A DNA stretch of 64,000 bases from contig PFAZ01000001.1 in NCBI GenBank assembly GCA_002773535.1, positions 241,579-305,578 of the forward strand. The letters are read 5' to 3'. This document shows positions 40,097 to 49,888 of this stretch, in pieces. This stretch comes from Candidatus Harrisonbacteria bacterium CG10_big_fil_rev_8_21_14_0_10_40_38 (GTDB lineage Bacteria; Patescibacteriota; Minisyncoccia; UBA6257; 1-14-0-10-40-38). The notes beneath the pieces were generated by a model. That model was not told the DNA's origin, ran no database searches, and saw only the letters and a list, made by a program, of their open reading frames with translations. The translations under genes were made by a program, and so were the position numbers. Position 1 is the first letter of the stretch; every line of letters starts with the position of its first letter.

Positions 40097-41836
40097 TCAC
40101 AACTCCTCAGTCTCTTTGAGTACATCCTCAATGTTAACAAGTCCATCAAGAGCCTTTAATATTCCATCCTGTCTAAGAGTAATCATTCCCTGTCTTCTAG
40201 TTTCCTCTAAAATCATATTTTCGTTAAATTCCGGCTTGACCATTAAATCCGCCAACTGTGAAGTCATTTCATATATTTCAAAAATTGCAATTCTGCCAAC
40301 AATTCCTTTTTTCTTACATACAGCACACCCCGTCGTCGTATACAGTTGATACGGCTCCTTGTAAGCCCCCCTGATCTCTGGTGGCAATTTTTGCAGCTCT
40401 TCTTTGATAATTTTTGCTAATGTCTCAGGCGCAGGTTTTGGCTTTTTGCAATTCTGGCAAATCTTAGAAATAAGACGCTGAGCAGCCATGGCATTAACAG
40501 CAGAAGGAAGTAAAAATGGCTGCGCTCCTAAATCAACAAGTCTTGGAATAACACCAATTGCGTTATTTGTGTGGAGTGTCGAAAGCACAATGTGGCCAGT
40601 AAGAGCAGCATGAACAGCCAAATCAGCCGTCTCACTGTCACGAATCTCACCTACCATGATTACATCAGGGTCTTGCCTCAAAATCTGCCGCAAACCTGAA
40701 GCAAAGTCATAACCTATTTCAGGTCTTACCTGCGATTGGTTAATTCCTTCTATCGTATACTCAACAGGATCCTCAAGAGAAAGGATATTTACTTCTTCAG
40801 TATTTAAAATACGCATCAAGGCATATAGCGTAGTAGTTTTACCAGATCCCGTAGGTCCTGTAAGAAGGACAATTCCATAAGGTTTATTAACACTCGATTT
40901 AAGTATCTCAAGACTTTTACCTCTGATACCCAAATCAGTAAGATCTTTAAGACCCACCGCCGGATCAAGAACACGAAGTGCTATTTTTTCACCATTTGGA
41001 GTAGGAAATGTTGCAACACGAAAATCAATCTCTTTTTCAAAAATTATTGTCCTAAACCTTCCATCCTGTGGGACACGTGTCTCATCAAGTTTCATATTAG
41101 ATAAAACTTTTACACGCGATGCTATAGCCGGGCCAAGTTCCGCCGGTAAAGCAGTAAATTCCTGCAAATCGCCATCAATACGAAAACGCACTCTGGTTTT
41201 AGTTCTACCCGGTTCAATGTGAATATCTGACGCTTCCATATTAACCGCTTCTTTGAGTAAAGAAGACGCAATACGAATTATTGGCGCATCATTAGCTCCA
41301 GAAGAAAGCCCTTCTTCAAGTTTGATAACTTGCTGAAAAGTCGTTGCTTCCTCGCCAGGTTTTCTCTTGAGAGCCCGAAGAGCCGACTCAATCTCATCGG
41401 CAAATGGCGAATATTTTCGCAAAACAGCATTAATGTCTGACGGCGTAACAATATAAACACCAATACTAAGTTTCTGCTGCGTAGCCAAAAACCTTAAAGC
41501 TTGTTGAGCATTTGGATTATCTGGATGAACCATTCCAACAACAAGCAAAGAGTCCTTTTTTGAAAGAGGAATCATCTGGTAAGATCTCGCAGTATCAGCA
41601 GGGATAATTTTTATCGTTTGATCGTCAATTGTATCCAGATCAATTTTTTTATATGGAATTTTTAAAATTCCGCTCTTTATCTTCGCAACTTCCGATTCTT
41701 CTACTAAGTTCTGACTATAAACAAGATCTTCAACATCTCTTTTAAGCTGTGCACTCTCGGTCAAAAGCCGCTTTGCGTCATGATCAGATATTATATTTTT
41801 TGCAACTAATGCAGAAATTAGATCTTGATTTTGCAT
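40097..41836 (-). CDS. pilB: Pilus assembly ATPase
   Basis: ASDIHIEP, PQDGR, GPTGSGKTTT, CxxC pairs; start set at ATG 41836. Confidence 0.95.
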   Translation of the reverse strand: MQNQDLISALVAKNIISDHDAKRLLTESAQLKRDVEDLVYSQNLVEESEVAKIKSGILKIPYKKIDLDTIDDQTIKIIPADTARSYQMIPLSKKDSLLVVGMVHPDNPNAQQALRFLATQQKLSIGVYIVTPSDINAVLRKYSPFADEIESALRALKRKPGEEATTFQQVIKLEEGLSSGANDAPIIRIASSLLKEAVNMEASDIHIEPGRTKTRVRFRIDGDLQEFTALPAELGPAIASRVKVLSNMKLDETRVPQDGRFRTIIFEKEIDFRVATFPTPNGEKIALRVLDPAVGLKDLTDLGIRGKSLEILKSSVNKPYGIVLLTGPTGSGKTTTLYALMRILNTEEVNILSLEDPVEYTIEGINQSQVRPEIGYDFASGLRQILRQDPDVIMVGEIRDSETADLAVHAALTGHIVLSTLHTNNAIGVIPRLVDLGAQPFLLPSAVNAMAAQRLISKICQNCKKPKPAPETLAKIIKEELQKLPPEIRGAYKEPYQLYTTTGCAVCKKKGIVGRIAIFEIYEMTSQLADLMVKPEFNENMILEETRRQGMITLRQDGILKALDGLVNIEDVLKETEEL

Positions 41837-41894
41837 AATAAAAAAAACATTGCGCGTTAAGGCAATAACAGGCAAAAACCACTCATATTAAAAA

Positions 41895-42188
41895 TCAAAG
41901 AGGCTGAAATGGATTATCCCGCCCAAGCGTGCCTATTGACGGTGGTCCGACAAAAACCTGTAAAGCCCGAAACGCCGGCAAACCTAAAACATCATTGGGT
42001 TTTATCGAGCTTACTGAACCAATACGCTCTGCCTGCTCCAAAGGTTCAGGCAAAACAACATCCAGTTGAGGAGAAGGAGCAAAAAATAGAAAATATGCCG
42101 CGAAAATCACAAAACCGACAATAAATAGAACAAAAAGAAGTTTTATCCAATTAATTTGCTTTTTCTCCTGTTCAAAAACAATAGCCAT
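41895..42188 (-). CDS. Small membrane protein in the PilP position
   Basis: One TM helix, ends GRDNPF; follows pilO. Confidence 0.7.
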   Translation of the reverse strand: MAIVFEQEKKQINWIKLLFVLFIVGFVIFAAYFLFFAPSPQLDVVLPEPLEQAERIGSVSSIKPNDVLGLPAFRALQVFVGPPSIGTLGRDNPFQPL

Positions 42189-42193
42189 ATTTT

Positions 42194-42760
42194 TTAATCT
42201 TGATAATAAGCATGTAATACGACGTCGTAGGTATAGTTTTGGTCAGGCGGAGAAACAGATATCGTAAAAGAATCAACATCTAAAACACGAATATTTCGCT
42301 CAATCGAAGAAAGAAATCTTTCAAAATTCTGATAAGTTCCTTTAACCTGAAGCCTCACCTGAATCGACTGCAAAACAGGAATCACATCTGACGAACCACT
42401 ACCTGTCGCAAGAGATGGTAAGATATTAAAGTCCAGAGAAATCAAGGAAAGACCAAGTGACTGACTAAGAGAGCTTATCTGGTTAGTAAGTGTTGGATAA
42501 TCAATTCCATCAGGTATTGCCAAAGAAACATTCTGTTTGTAAGTCGCTATATCCCCTTGGGAATCTCGTATAGCTTGGGTAAGACTCTCAACGATTTCAG
42601 TCTGTCTATCGACAGCAGCCTTTTTAGAAGAAAGCTCTCCTCTTAAATCATTTATTTTTGAATACTCCGGCCTAACCAAAAGACCATAGACAAAAAACGA
42701 AGCGACTAAAAGAAGTAAACTTATAAGAAGTGTTGCGAATCGACTTGTTGAAGCATTCAT
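42194..42760 (-). CDS. pilO: PilO-like protein
   Basis: TM plus coiled coil; VKGTYQNFERFLSSIE..IR. Confidence 0.82.
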   Translation of the reverse strand: MNASTSRFATLLISLLLLVASFFVYGLLVRPEYSKINDLRGELSSKKAAVDRQTEIVESLTQAIRDSQGDIATYKQNVSLAIPDGIDYPTLTNQISSLSQSLGLSLISLDFNILPSLATGSGSSDVIPVLQSIQVRLQVKGTYQNFERFLSSIERNIRVLDVDSFTISVSPPDQNYTYDVVLHAYYQD

Positions 42761-42771
42761 AATTTTAAAAT

Positions 42772-43326
42772 TTATTGCCTAAAAATATTTGGATCTAAAA
42801 ATAATGAAACTTCAAAAATAATCCTATTTCCCTCAGCAAGACCAGAATTCCTCATATGATAATTAACAATATCCTGCCTAGCCTGATAAGAAGCGAGTTG
42901 TTGAGCTAATACTTCATAAGTTGGTGCAGAAGCTTGAAAATCAACCCTTCCTGACGCAACATCAACCGTCAAATTTTTATAAAAAACCCTCTGGTTTATT
43001 GTCGCCCTTAGAATAGGAGAAAGCTTACTCATTATCACATGACTCGAAAGAACGGTTTGTAAATTTCTAAGTTGATACTGAAATTTTAGATAGGCATCTT
43101 GTTGCTCTTTTGGAACCTGTTGAGCAAGACTCTGCAGAGTCTGATCTGCATTATCAATCTGCGCCCGAACATAAGGCCTGTAACCCAGAAGAAGACCGAG
43201 GTAACTCAAAACAGTCACACCAAAAACAAACGCCATAAACAAAAGAAGCTTCCACGTGCCCTTTGAAACCGAAACACGCTCCTTCTGAAGGCGCCCGCCA
43301 ATATTCGTAGTATTTGTTGTGGCCAT
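42772..43326 (-). CDS. PilN-like protein
   Basis: TM plus coiled coil, between pilM and pilO. Confidence 0.72.
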   Translation of the reverse strand: MATTNTTNIGGRLQKERVSVSKGTWKLLLFMAFVFGVTVLSYLGLLLGYRPYVRAQIDNADQTLQSLAQQVPKEQQDAYLKFQYQLRNLQTVLSSHVIMSKLSPILRATINQRVFYKNLTVDVASGRVDFQASAPTYEVLAQQLASYQARQDIVNYHMRNSGLAEGNRIIFEVSLFLDPNIFRQ

Positions 43327-43327
43327 T

Positions 43328-44401
43328 TTATATAAGATCTTTCAAACTAAGACCCACTGAAACTCCAAGCAAAGAACCTATTCCACCACTCATAGATTTC
43401 AGAATTTCCGGAACCGCAATATTAGAAAAAACATTTGCTTGCACAATGGGCATCTCAAGGTGTTCTGTAAAATACTGCGGCAAGCCAATTAAATTTGATC
43501 CACCGCCAGTCACAAAAGCTCCCTCAACCTTTTCCTGATAACTCGTTTCATAATTCGAAACAAGCTTCTTCGCTTCATAAATTATAACATCGAGAATGGG
43601 TAAGATTATTGTGGATAACTCATGTTCTGCAGCGCCCTCGCCAATTCCTTTTTGCTTTTTTAGATCCTCTGCCCTCCGCTGACTTATTCCAAGTCCATTT
43701 GCAATAGCTTGTGTAATTGACCCACCTGAAAAATCAATCTGTCCGGAATACTTCAAAAATCCTTTTGAGACAATCGAAAGACTCGTTGACCTGCCACCAA
43801 TATCAATACAAAGTGTCGACTTTGGCGTTGAATCACCAAAAGATCTCGCAAGAGACATACCATCAACCTCGACAGAGTCCAATCTAAGCCCAGTAAGTCT
43901 GCATATATTTTTATATTTCTCAATATTTTCATTGGGGATAGAAATAAGCAGCACCTGTTGTTTTGACGCTCCATCTGAAACAGATTTTTCGCCCACTTTA
44001 ACCCAATCAATCGTTACAGTTTCAAGTGGAAGCGGAATATATTGCTTACCTTGTAATTCAATATATTTCTTAATCTCACTGTCAGATGCAGTTGGGACCT
44101 CGATTAAAGTAGAAAAAACAGAAAAAGCTGGTACAGAAAAAACAGCTGATTTTGTGTGATCACCCATCTTCGATAAAAGAAGTTTAAGATGACTCGCGAT
44201 ATAATTATCAGAAAGCTTTAAACTACTCGTCTGGAACGCTTCATTAAATCTCTCAAGATAACTATACGTCTCAAGGATTCCATAATTCACAAGATGAAGT
44301 TTCTTATCCTGCATCCCAACCTCAGCAACCTTTATAGAAGTCGTGCCAATATCAACCCCAAGAAGAGATCTTTGACCGGTAATCGAGTTCAAAAACGACA
44401 T
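43328..44401 (-). CDS. pilM: Type IV pilus assembly protein PilM
   Basis: LGVDIGTTSIKV, IDIGG, TGGGSNL (actin-like fold). Confidence 0.93.
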   Translation of the reverse strand: MSFLNSITGQRSLLGVDIGTTSIKVAEVGMQDKKLHLVNYGILETYSYLERFNEAFQTSSLKLSDNYIASHLKLLLSKMGDHTKSAVFSVPAFSVFSTLIEVPTASDSEIKKYIELQGKQYIPLPLETVTIDWVKVGEKSVSDGASKQQVLLISIPNENIEKYKNICRLTGLRLDSVEVDGMSLARSFGDSTPKSTLCIDIGGRSTSLSIVSKGFLKYSGQIDFSGGSITQAIANGLGISQRRAEDLKKQKGIGEGAAEHELSTIILPILDVIIYEAKKLVSNYETSYQEKVEGAFVTGGGSNLIGLPQYFTEHLEMPIVQANVFSNIAVPEILKSMSGGIGSLLGVSVGLSLKDLI

Positions 44402-44420
44402 ATACGTGTAGAATTATAAC

Positions 44421-45137
44421 ATGCAGGAATTTCTTTCAAAAGCAAAAACTGCCTTTTTCGAAATATTATTTCCACCAATCTGCATAATTTGCAGTAGAAA
44501 TTTGATCAATGAGCATGAAAAAAATATAAATCTTTGCGAAAATTGCAAAACAGATATACAAAAAAACAACTCACTTACATGCCCAACCTGTAAATCAAGA
44601 CTTCCGCAAAACAAAAATACTTGTCATAGATCAAGTTATTATCTCGCCGCCGCCACAAATTATAACGACCAAAAAATCAGAGACCTCATCTGGAAACTAA
44701 AATATGGAAAAATCACCGCCGCAGCAAAACCACTTTCCAATCTACTTAGTGAACATTTTAATCTTTTAAATCTAGATATTGAAAATCCTATAGTTATCCC
44801 TATCCCTCTACACAAAAATAGAAAGGCTGAAAGAGGTTTTAATCAAGCAGAACTTATTGCCACTCACTTTGCAAAAAATCAAAATCTTAAAATTTCAGAC
44901 GGTATACTCATGCGAACAAAATACACCCCACCCCAAGCCGAAACAAAAACAGCAAAAGAACGCCACAAAAATCTTGAAAACAGTTTCAAAATAAAAAATG
45001 CATCTGTGATAGAAAATAAAACAATTATTCTAATAGATGACGTATTCACAACAGGCGCTACAGCCGAAGCCGCTATATCAGTTATAAAAGAACATAATCC
45101 AAAAAAAGTTATTGTCGCAGTCATAGCCCACGCCTAA
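44421..45137 (+). CDS. comF: Competence protein ComF
   Basis: Double Zn ribbon, PIPLH, RGFNQA, LIDDVFTTGAT. Confidence 0.93.
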   Translation: MQEFLSKAKTAFFEILFPPICIICSRNLINEHEKNINLCENCKTDIQKNNSLTCPTCKSRLPQNKNTCHRSSYYLAAATNYNDQKIRDLIWKLKYGKITAAAKPLSNLLSEHFNLLNLDIENPIVIPIPLHKNRKAERGFNQAELIATHFAKNQNLKISDGILMRTKYTPPQAETKTAKERHKNLENSFKIKNASVIENKTIILIDDVFTTGATAEAAISVIKEHNPKKVIVAVIAHA

Positions 45138-45208
45138 CCTCTTCCAAGTCCATAATTCACATTTTAGTTTTCAGTTGTAAGTATTAAGTTATAAGTTATA
45201 TTTAAAGC

Positions 45209-46162
45209 ATGTTAGAAAATGCAATAAAAGGGTTTTATAAACAGCTTGAGTTAGATCCAGAAGTAAAAAATAGAGAAAAACTGGAAAAAAGAGACGAATT
45301 TATTGTTGCGGGCATGGGAGGATCCCATCTTGGTGCAGACCTCATCGCCTGCGCAGATCACACCATTCCTCTCAAGATCCACCACGATTACAACTTACCA
45401 GAAAGATTAACCAATGAACTTCTGATAGCAAGCTCTTACTCCGGAAACACAGAAGAAGCAATTAGCGCCTTAGATTTTGCAAATAAAAACAACACTCCCT
45501 CCGCCGCTATATCGGTAGGCGGAAAACTTTTAGAATTGGCAGAAAGCAAAGGTGTCCCCTATATAAAAATCCCAGATACAGGCATCCAACCCCGCTCTGC
45601 CGTGGGTTTCAGCGTAATAGGCACATTAGCGCTCATGAATAAAATGGATGAAATTAACTCCCTAAAATCAATGGGATCAAAAAACGCAGAAGAACGCAGA
45701 GTAGAAGCAAATACCGTAGCCGAAGCTCTAAAAAACAAAATTCCCGTAATCTATAGCTCAACCCGCAACGAAGCTGTAGCAGCAAACTGGAAAATAAGAA
45801 TAAACGAAACAGGAAAAATCCCTTCGTTTTGGAATACTATCCCCGAAGCAAATCACAACGAACTTATCGGATTTGAAAAACACAAAGAAACTTCAAACTT
45901 TGCCGACATTTTCGGTTTTATATTTCTTAAAGATTCCGAAGATCACCCAAGAATCCATAAACGCATGGAAATCCAGAAAAACATGTACGAAGAATGGGGT
46001 TACAAGGTTCAGATAGTTGAACTTACAGGGAAAAATCGCTGGGAGAAGATACTTTCTAGCATAGTAATGGCCGATTGGACCGCATATCACATTTCAGAAA
46101 CATATGGACTCGAACCAGAAGAAGTTGAAACTGTTGAAAGATTCAAAAAACTTTTGGGCTAA
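45209..46162 (+). CDS. Bifunctional phosphoglucose/phosphomannose isomerase
   Basis: GMGGS, SYSGNTEE, QPR, INETGK, PEANHNE. Confidence 0.9.
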   Translation: MLENAIKGFYKQLELDPEVKNREKLEKRDEFIVAGMGGSHLGADLIACADHTIPLKIHHDYNLPERLTNELLIASSYSGNTEEAISALDFANKNNTPSAAISVGGKLLELAESKGVPYIKIPDTGIQPRSAVGFSVIGTLALMNKMDEINSLKSMGSKNAEERRVEANTVAEALKNKIPVIYSSTRNEAVAANWKIRINETGKIPSFWNTIPEANHNELIGFEKHKETSNFADIFGFIFLKDSEDHPRIHKRMEIQKNMYEEWGYKVQIVELTGKNRWEKILSSIVMADWTAYHISETYGLEPEEVETVERFKKLLG

Positions 46163-46791
46163 TGGAAAAAATATCGCTCCATAGCGGCTCGTCCGCTCTA
46201 GTTGTTGTTGCGCATCCCGATGACGAAACAATATGGATGGGCGGCACCATCATCAAAAACCCAAAAGTTAAATGGGAAATTTGCGTGCTCACAAGAGGCG
46301 ACGATCCGGATAGAGCCCCAAAGTTTAAAAAAGTTTCAAAATTTTTAAAATCAAATGGTAAAATATCCGACCTCGAAGACAAGGGGTTATTAAACATTCG
46401 TGACAGCATACCTGAAATCAAAAACCGCCTCTCGCGCCTCCTCTCAAAAAAAACCTTTACGTATCTATTTACACACGGTTATAATGGCGAATACGGACAC
46501 CCGAGACACAAAGCAGTTCACAAAGCAATGAAAGATATGGTTGAAAACGAAAGAGTTTTAAAAATTGAAAATGCATTCTGTTTTAGTTATGAAATGGATG
46601 ACTCAAAGAAAAAACCTATCATGAAAGCAATTGGTGCAAAAAACGGATACGAAACAAAGCTTACAGAAAAAGAGCTAAGAGAAAAAAGGGACGTTATCGA
46701 AAAAATATACGGATTTCGAGAAGATTCTTTTGAGTCAAAAGCTTGTCTCAATCGTGAGACATTTATTAAAGGATTTAAAAAAATAAAATAA
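46162..46791 (+). CDS. PIG-L family deacetylase
   Basis: VAHPDDETI and THGYNGEYGHPRH. Confidence 0.88.
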   Translation: MEKISLHSGSSALVVVAHPDDETIWMGGTIIKNPKVKWEICVLTRGDDPDRAPKFKKVSKFLKSNGKISDLEDKGLLNIRDSIPEIKNRLSRLLSKKTFTYLFTHGYNGEYGHPRHKAVHKAMKDMVENERVLKIENAFCFSYEMDDSKKKPIMKAIGAKNGYETKLTEKELREKRDVIEKIYGFREDSFESKACLNRETFIKGFKKIK

Positions 46792-46802
46792 TAAAACTCA
46801 AT

Positions 46803-47951
46803 ATGCGATCAGTAATTCTATACGCCTATCCGCCAGAGCCGGATGGATTAAGCCTTCAAGGAGATCTTCTATACCACGGTATGAAAGAAAATGGAGAAGA
46901 AGCAATCCCTTGTCACATTTCAAGCGAATTTCAAAAAGAGTGGAGTTATAAATATTTTAAACCCGATGTCGCCATCGGTGTCGGGTACTGGGGGCACACA
47001 CCAGACCTCATCCTACACCCTCAACAATTTGGCGTTACCCCAATACCATGGTTTGTAGCAGATGGCTGGATCGCCAACTATCACGACGCCATAAGCTCAC
47101 TACCACTGGTTCTCGCAACCAGCACATGGGTCAAAAAAACATACGAAAGAGATGGTGTAAATACAAAAAACTTTGAAGTCGTGCCTATCGGCTTTGATTT
47201 AGATCTTTTTAAACCAATTTCAAGGTCAGATCCGAGAGTCAAAATGGTCCGCAAGATGTTAAAGATTGCCGACGATGAGCTTATGATTCTCACAATCGGT
47301 GGCGATGTCACCTCAAAAGGCGCGCAGGAAGTCCTTAAGGCACTAAAACACATAGATAAAGAGTTTAAAAAATGGAAATACGTTTGCAAAGTCTGGGGTG
47401 GTGATTCTGCAGATGATCACTACGACGCAGAAATGGCGCTTATTGAAGAACTCGGGGAAGAATCAAAAGACAAAGTTATCTACCTCGAAGGCTCACTCTC
47501 GCCTGACTTTATGCCGGTTTTACTCTCTGCCGCAGACATATATGCCGCGCCAAGTCGTCTCGAAGGTTTTGGCATGATTCAAGTAGAAGCCCAAGCTTGT
47601 GGAATACCGGTAATATCAATAGATAAAATGGGACCACAGGAAACAATTTTACACGGCGAAACAGGGTTTCTCGCAAAAGTTGCAGAAACAGTTGAGCTCA
47701 CAAGTGAAATAGTTCACCCAGGAATGGGTTTTGAAGAAGAAGGAAGAATTCACTTCGAAAAACCAAAAATTTTTGCCTATAGAGCAGATATAAACGAACT
47801 GGCTGATTTTCTCCTCAAACTTCTTACAAATAAAGAATTAAGAGAAAAAATGGGATCACGTGGTCGTGAGCATGCCCTTGCAAGTTTCGAATACCACAAA
47901 ATCTCCAAAAAAATCGCAGACCTCGCCAAAGAACGCCTCAACCTTTTATAA
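46803..47951 (+). CDS. GT4 glycosyltransferase
   Basis: PSRLEGFGMIQVEAQACGIPV (Ex7E). Confidence 0.9.
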   Translation: MRSVILYAYPPEPDGLSLQGDLLYHGMKENGEEAIPCHISSEFQKEWSYKYFKPDVAIGVGYWGHTPDLILHPQQFGVTPIPWFVADGWIANYHDAISSLPLVLATSTWVKKTYERDGVNTKNFEVVPIGFDLDLFKPISRSDPRVKMVRKMLKIADDELMILTIGGDVTSKGAQEVLKALKHIDKEFKKWKYVCKVWGGDSADDHYDAEMALIEELGEESKDKVIYLEGSLSPDFMPVLLSAADIYAAPSRLEGFGMIQVEAQACGIPVISIDKMGPQETILHGETGFLAKVAETVELTSEIVHPGMGFEEEGRIHFEKPKIFAYRADINELADFLLKLLTNKELREKMGSRGREHALASFEYHKISKKIADLAKERLNLL

Positions 47952-48063
47952 TCTTGAGTTATTAGCGAAATATTATAACCCTGAGTCGCATCAAAGGGTC
48001 TAATTTGACTTTTATATAAAAATAAGTTACTATAAAGACAAAAACTTTCCACCCCAAACCTGA

Positions 48064-48485
48064 GAAGAATCGAGGTTTCTCATACTAGAACTCACCGAAG
48101 CAGAACAAGCTGTCACGGATTTCGAGGCGAAGTCTCACGTCACTGAAAGTGACGTAGCAGAACTCCTTGCCTCCTGCAGCAAAGAAGCAGTCGTAGAACT
48201 ACGAGACCAAGAGCCAACTCCCTTGTTCCTCATAAGAGTTTGCGCTCTTGTGAGAAGACTTGAGGCGGCACAGCACACCGTTGCCGGCACGAGAATATAG
48301 CGCACATCACCACTGCTCTCGAACACCTCATAATCCTTTTCAGCAAAATCATGGATTATCGAAGCGAGGTTCAAAAACTAGAACCCCGCGGAAAACTTGA
48401 AGAGGCTGGAAAATACTTCCTTCTCTACAAGATTGAATGGGCAATGAGAATCCTTTCCACAACCGTTCACGAGTGGGGGTATTAA
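48064..48485 (+). pseudogene. Frameshifted orphan with own sigma70 promoter and terminator
   Basis: TTGACT-17-TACTAT at 48005-48033; two overlapping protein-like frames joined near 48280, no clear start; gccggaca/tgtccggc hairpin downstream. Confidence 0.45.
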
Positions 48486-48684
48486 CCCCCCCACCAACCC
48501 TTACACCCCCAACGCCGGACACACATGTCCGGCGCTTCTATTTTTTAAGCCACATCAGATCATTTAGAATTTTGGTATTTAATTAGTAATTAGAGTAATT
48601 AGAGCAATTAGAAATTAGAAATTTGTCTTAAGTCTTAAGTCTTTAGTTTTAAGTCTTAAGTATTCCACATTCTTCATTCTTCAG

Positions 48685-49866
48685 TTATCTAAAATATAGC
48701 ACTTTTTTTCTCTTAACGGAATTGTACGCAAACGCATACATGCCGGCAGACCATCCTTGATACAAATTGCTTCCCCCAGCAGGCATACCCGTAATCCCAT
48801 GCAACCACTCATGAAAACCCCATTCTCTATCTGACCCCTTCTTATTCGCCTCTGCAAGCTTCATAAGAGCTGTTTTTGCCTTCTCATGTCTTCCAGCCTT
48901 AACCAAAGCCGCAACATAAAGTCCACCAACATACGGCCAAACACCGCCATTTAGATAATTAAACGGCTTCCCCGCCTCACTTTCAGAAAAATAGTCATGC
49001 CATTCTCTATCACCTTCCTTTATTGGCGGTGAAATCGATTTACATGGGTAAGGATCATTAACTCCTGTTTGTTCAACATAATCAAGAATAGAGTTTGCGA
49101 TAGAAGGAGTGGCAAGCCCGGTTATAATCGCCAAAAAATTACCGGTAGAATCAAACCACGTCTCCTGCTCTCTATCATTCGGACCATGAGTTTTCCATAT
49201 CCACGGCAGATAATATCCCCTATCAGCATCATAAAGAGAAAGATATTTTTCCACTTCGCCGTTAACAACTCGTCTTATATGATCCGCCAACTTTTTCTTT
49301 CCCGCAAATTTAAGAGCGCCATAATAAAGAGCTTGCGTGTTGATAGTCCTTCCATATTTATGTGGAAATGCATCAAGCCAGTCAGAAGTTGGAAGTTGTG
49401 CAAGAAGCTTATCCTCATTTGGATCTTGATAAGAAAGCCACGTAAATGCCTGTTCAAGATTTGAAGCATATTTTTTCAAAAGAGATTTATCTCTATAAGC
49501 AGCCGCGAAAGCATAGTTGCCGACAATATACCAAAGAGTTGAATCGATTGAGTTAAAAGTAACATCGCTCCGCCTCTCTGTATTATAACTGCCAACTGCG
49601 TTTGGAATCTGGCCTAATTTACTCTGCTTTTTTGAAAGCGTATCTATGCTTTTTTCAAAAGTCTTTTTAAATTCATCACCGGAAGACGCCGCGCCAAGCG
49701 AAGTTATCATACTATCCCGCGCCCAAACAGCTTCATATCCACCAGGTAAACCAGAAGCAAAAAAGCCTTTCGCCCTTACGCATGCCCTTAAAACAACAAG
49801 AGAGGCGTCATAGCCCTCATGAATTAGAAAAAATGGATCCTGCTCTTTTTCTTTTATATTCTTCAT
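48685..49866 (-). CDS. Six-hairpin glycoside hydrolase (GH100 invertase-like / amylo-alpha-1,6-glucosidase-like)
   Basis: YEAVWARD, IDSTLWY, YLNGGVWP, FHEWLHG, QGWSA. Confidence 0.8.
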   Translation of the reverse strand: MKNIKEKEQDPFFLIHEGYDASLVVLRACVRAKGFFASGLPGGYEAVWARDSMITSLGAASSGDEFKKTFEKSIDTLSKKQSKLGQIPNAVGSYNTERRSDVTFNSIDSTLWYIVGNYAFAAAYRDKSLLKKYASNLEQAFTWLSYQDPNEDKLLAQLPTSDWLDAFPHKYGRTINTQALYYGALKFAGKKKLADHIRRVVNGEVEKYLSLYDADRGYYLPWIWKTHGPNDREQETWFDSTGNFLAIITGLATPSIANSILDYVEQTGVNDPYPCKSISPPIKEGDREWHDYFSESEAGKPFNYLNGGVWPYVGGLYVAALVKAGRHEKAKTALMKLAEANKKGSDREWGFHEWLHGITGMPAGGSNLYQGWSAGMYAFAYNSVKRKKVLYFR

Positions 49867-49888
49867 AGATTGTCAGTCTAGCACAAAA

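Noticed and set aside
32992-45137. Type IV pilus locus without PilQ as a novelty
   Set aside because: Expected for monoderm-like CPR bacteria and already well described
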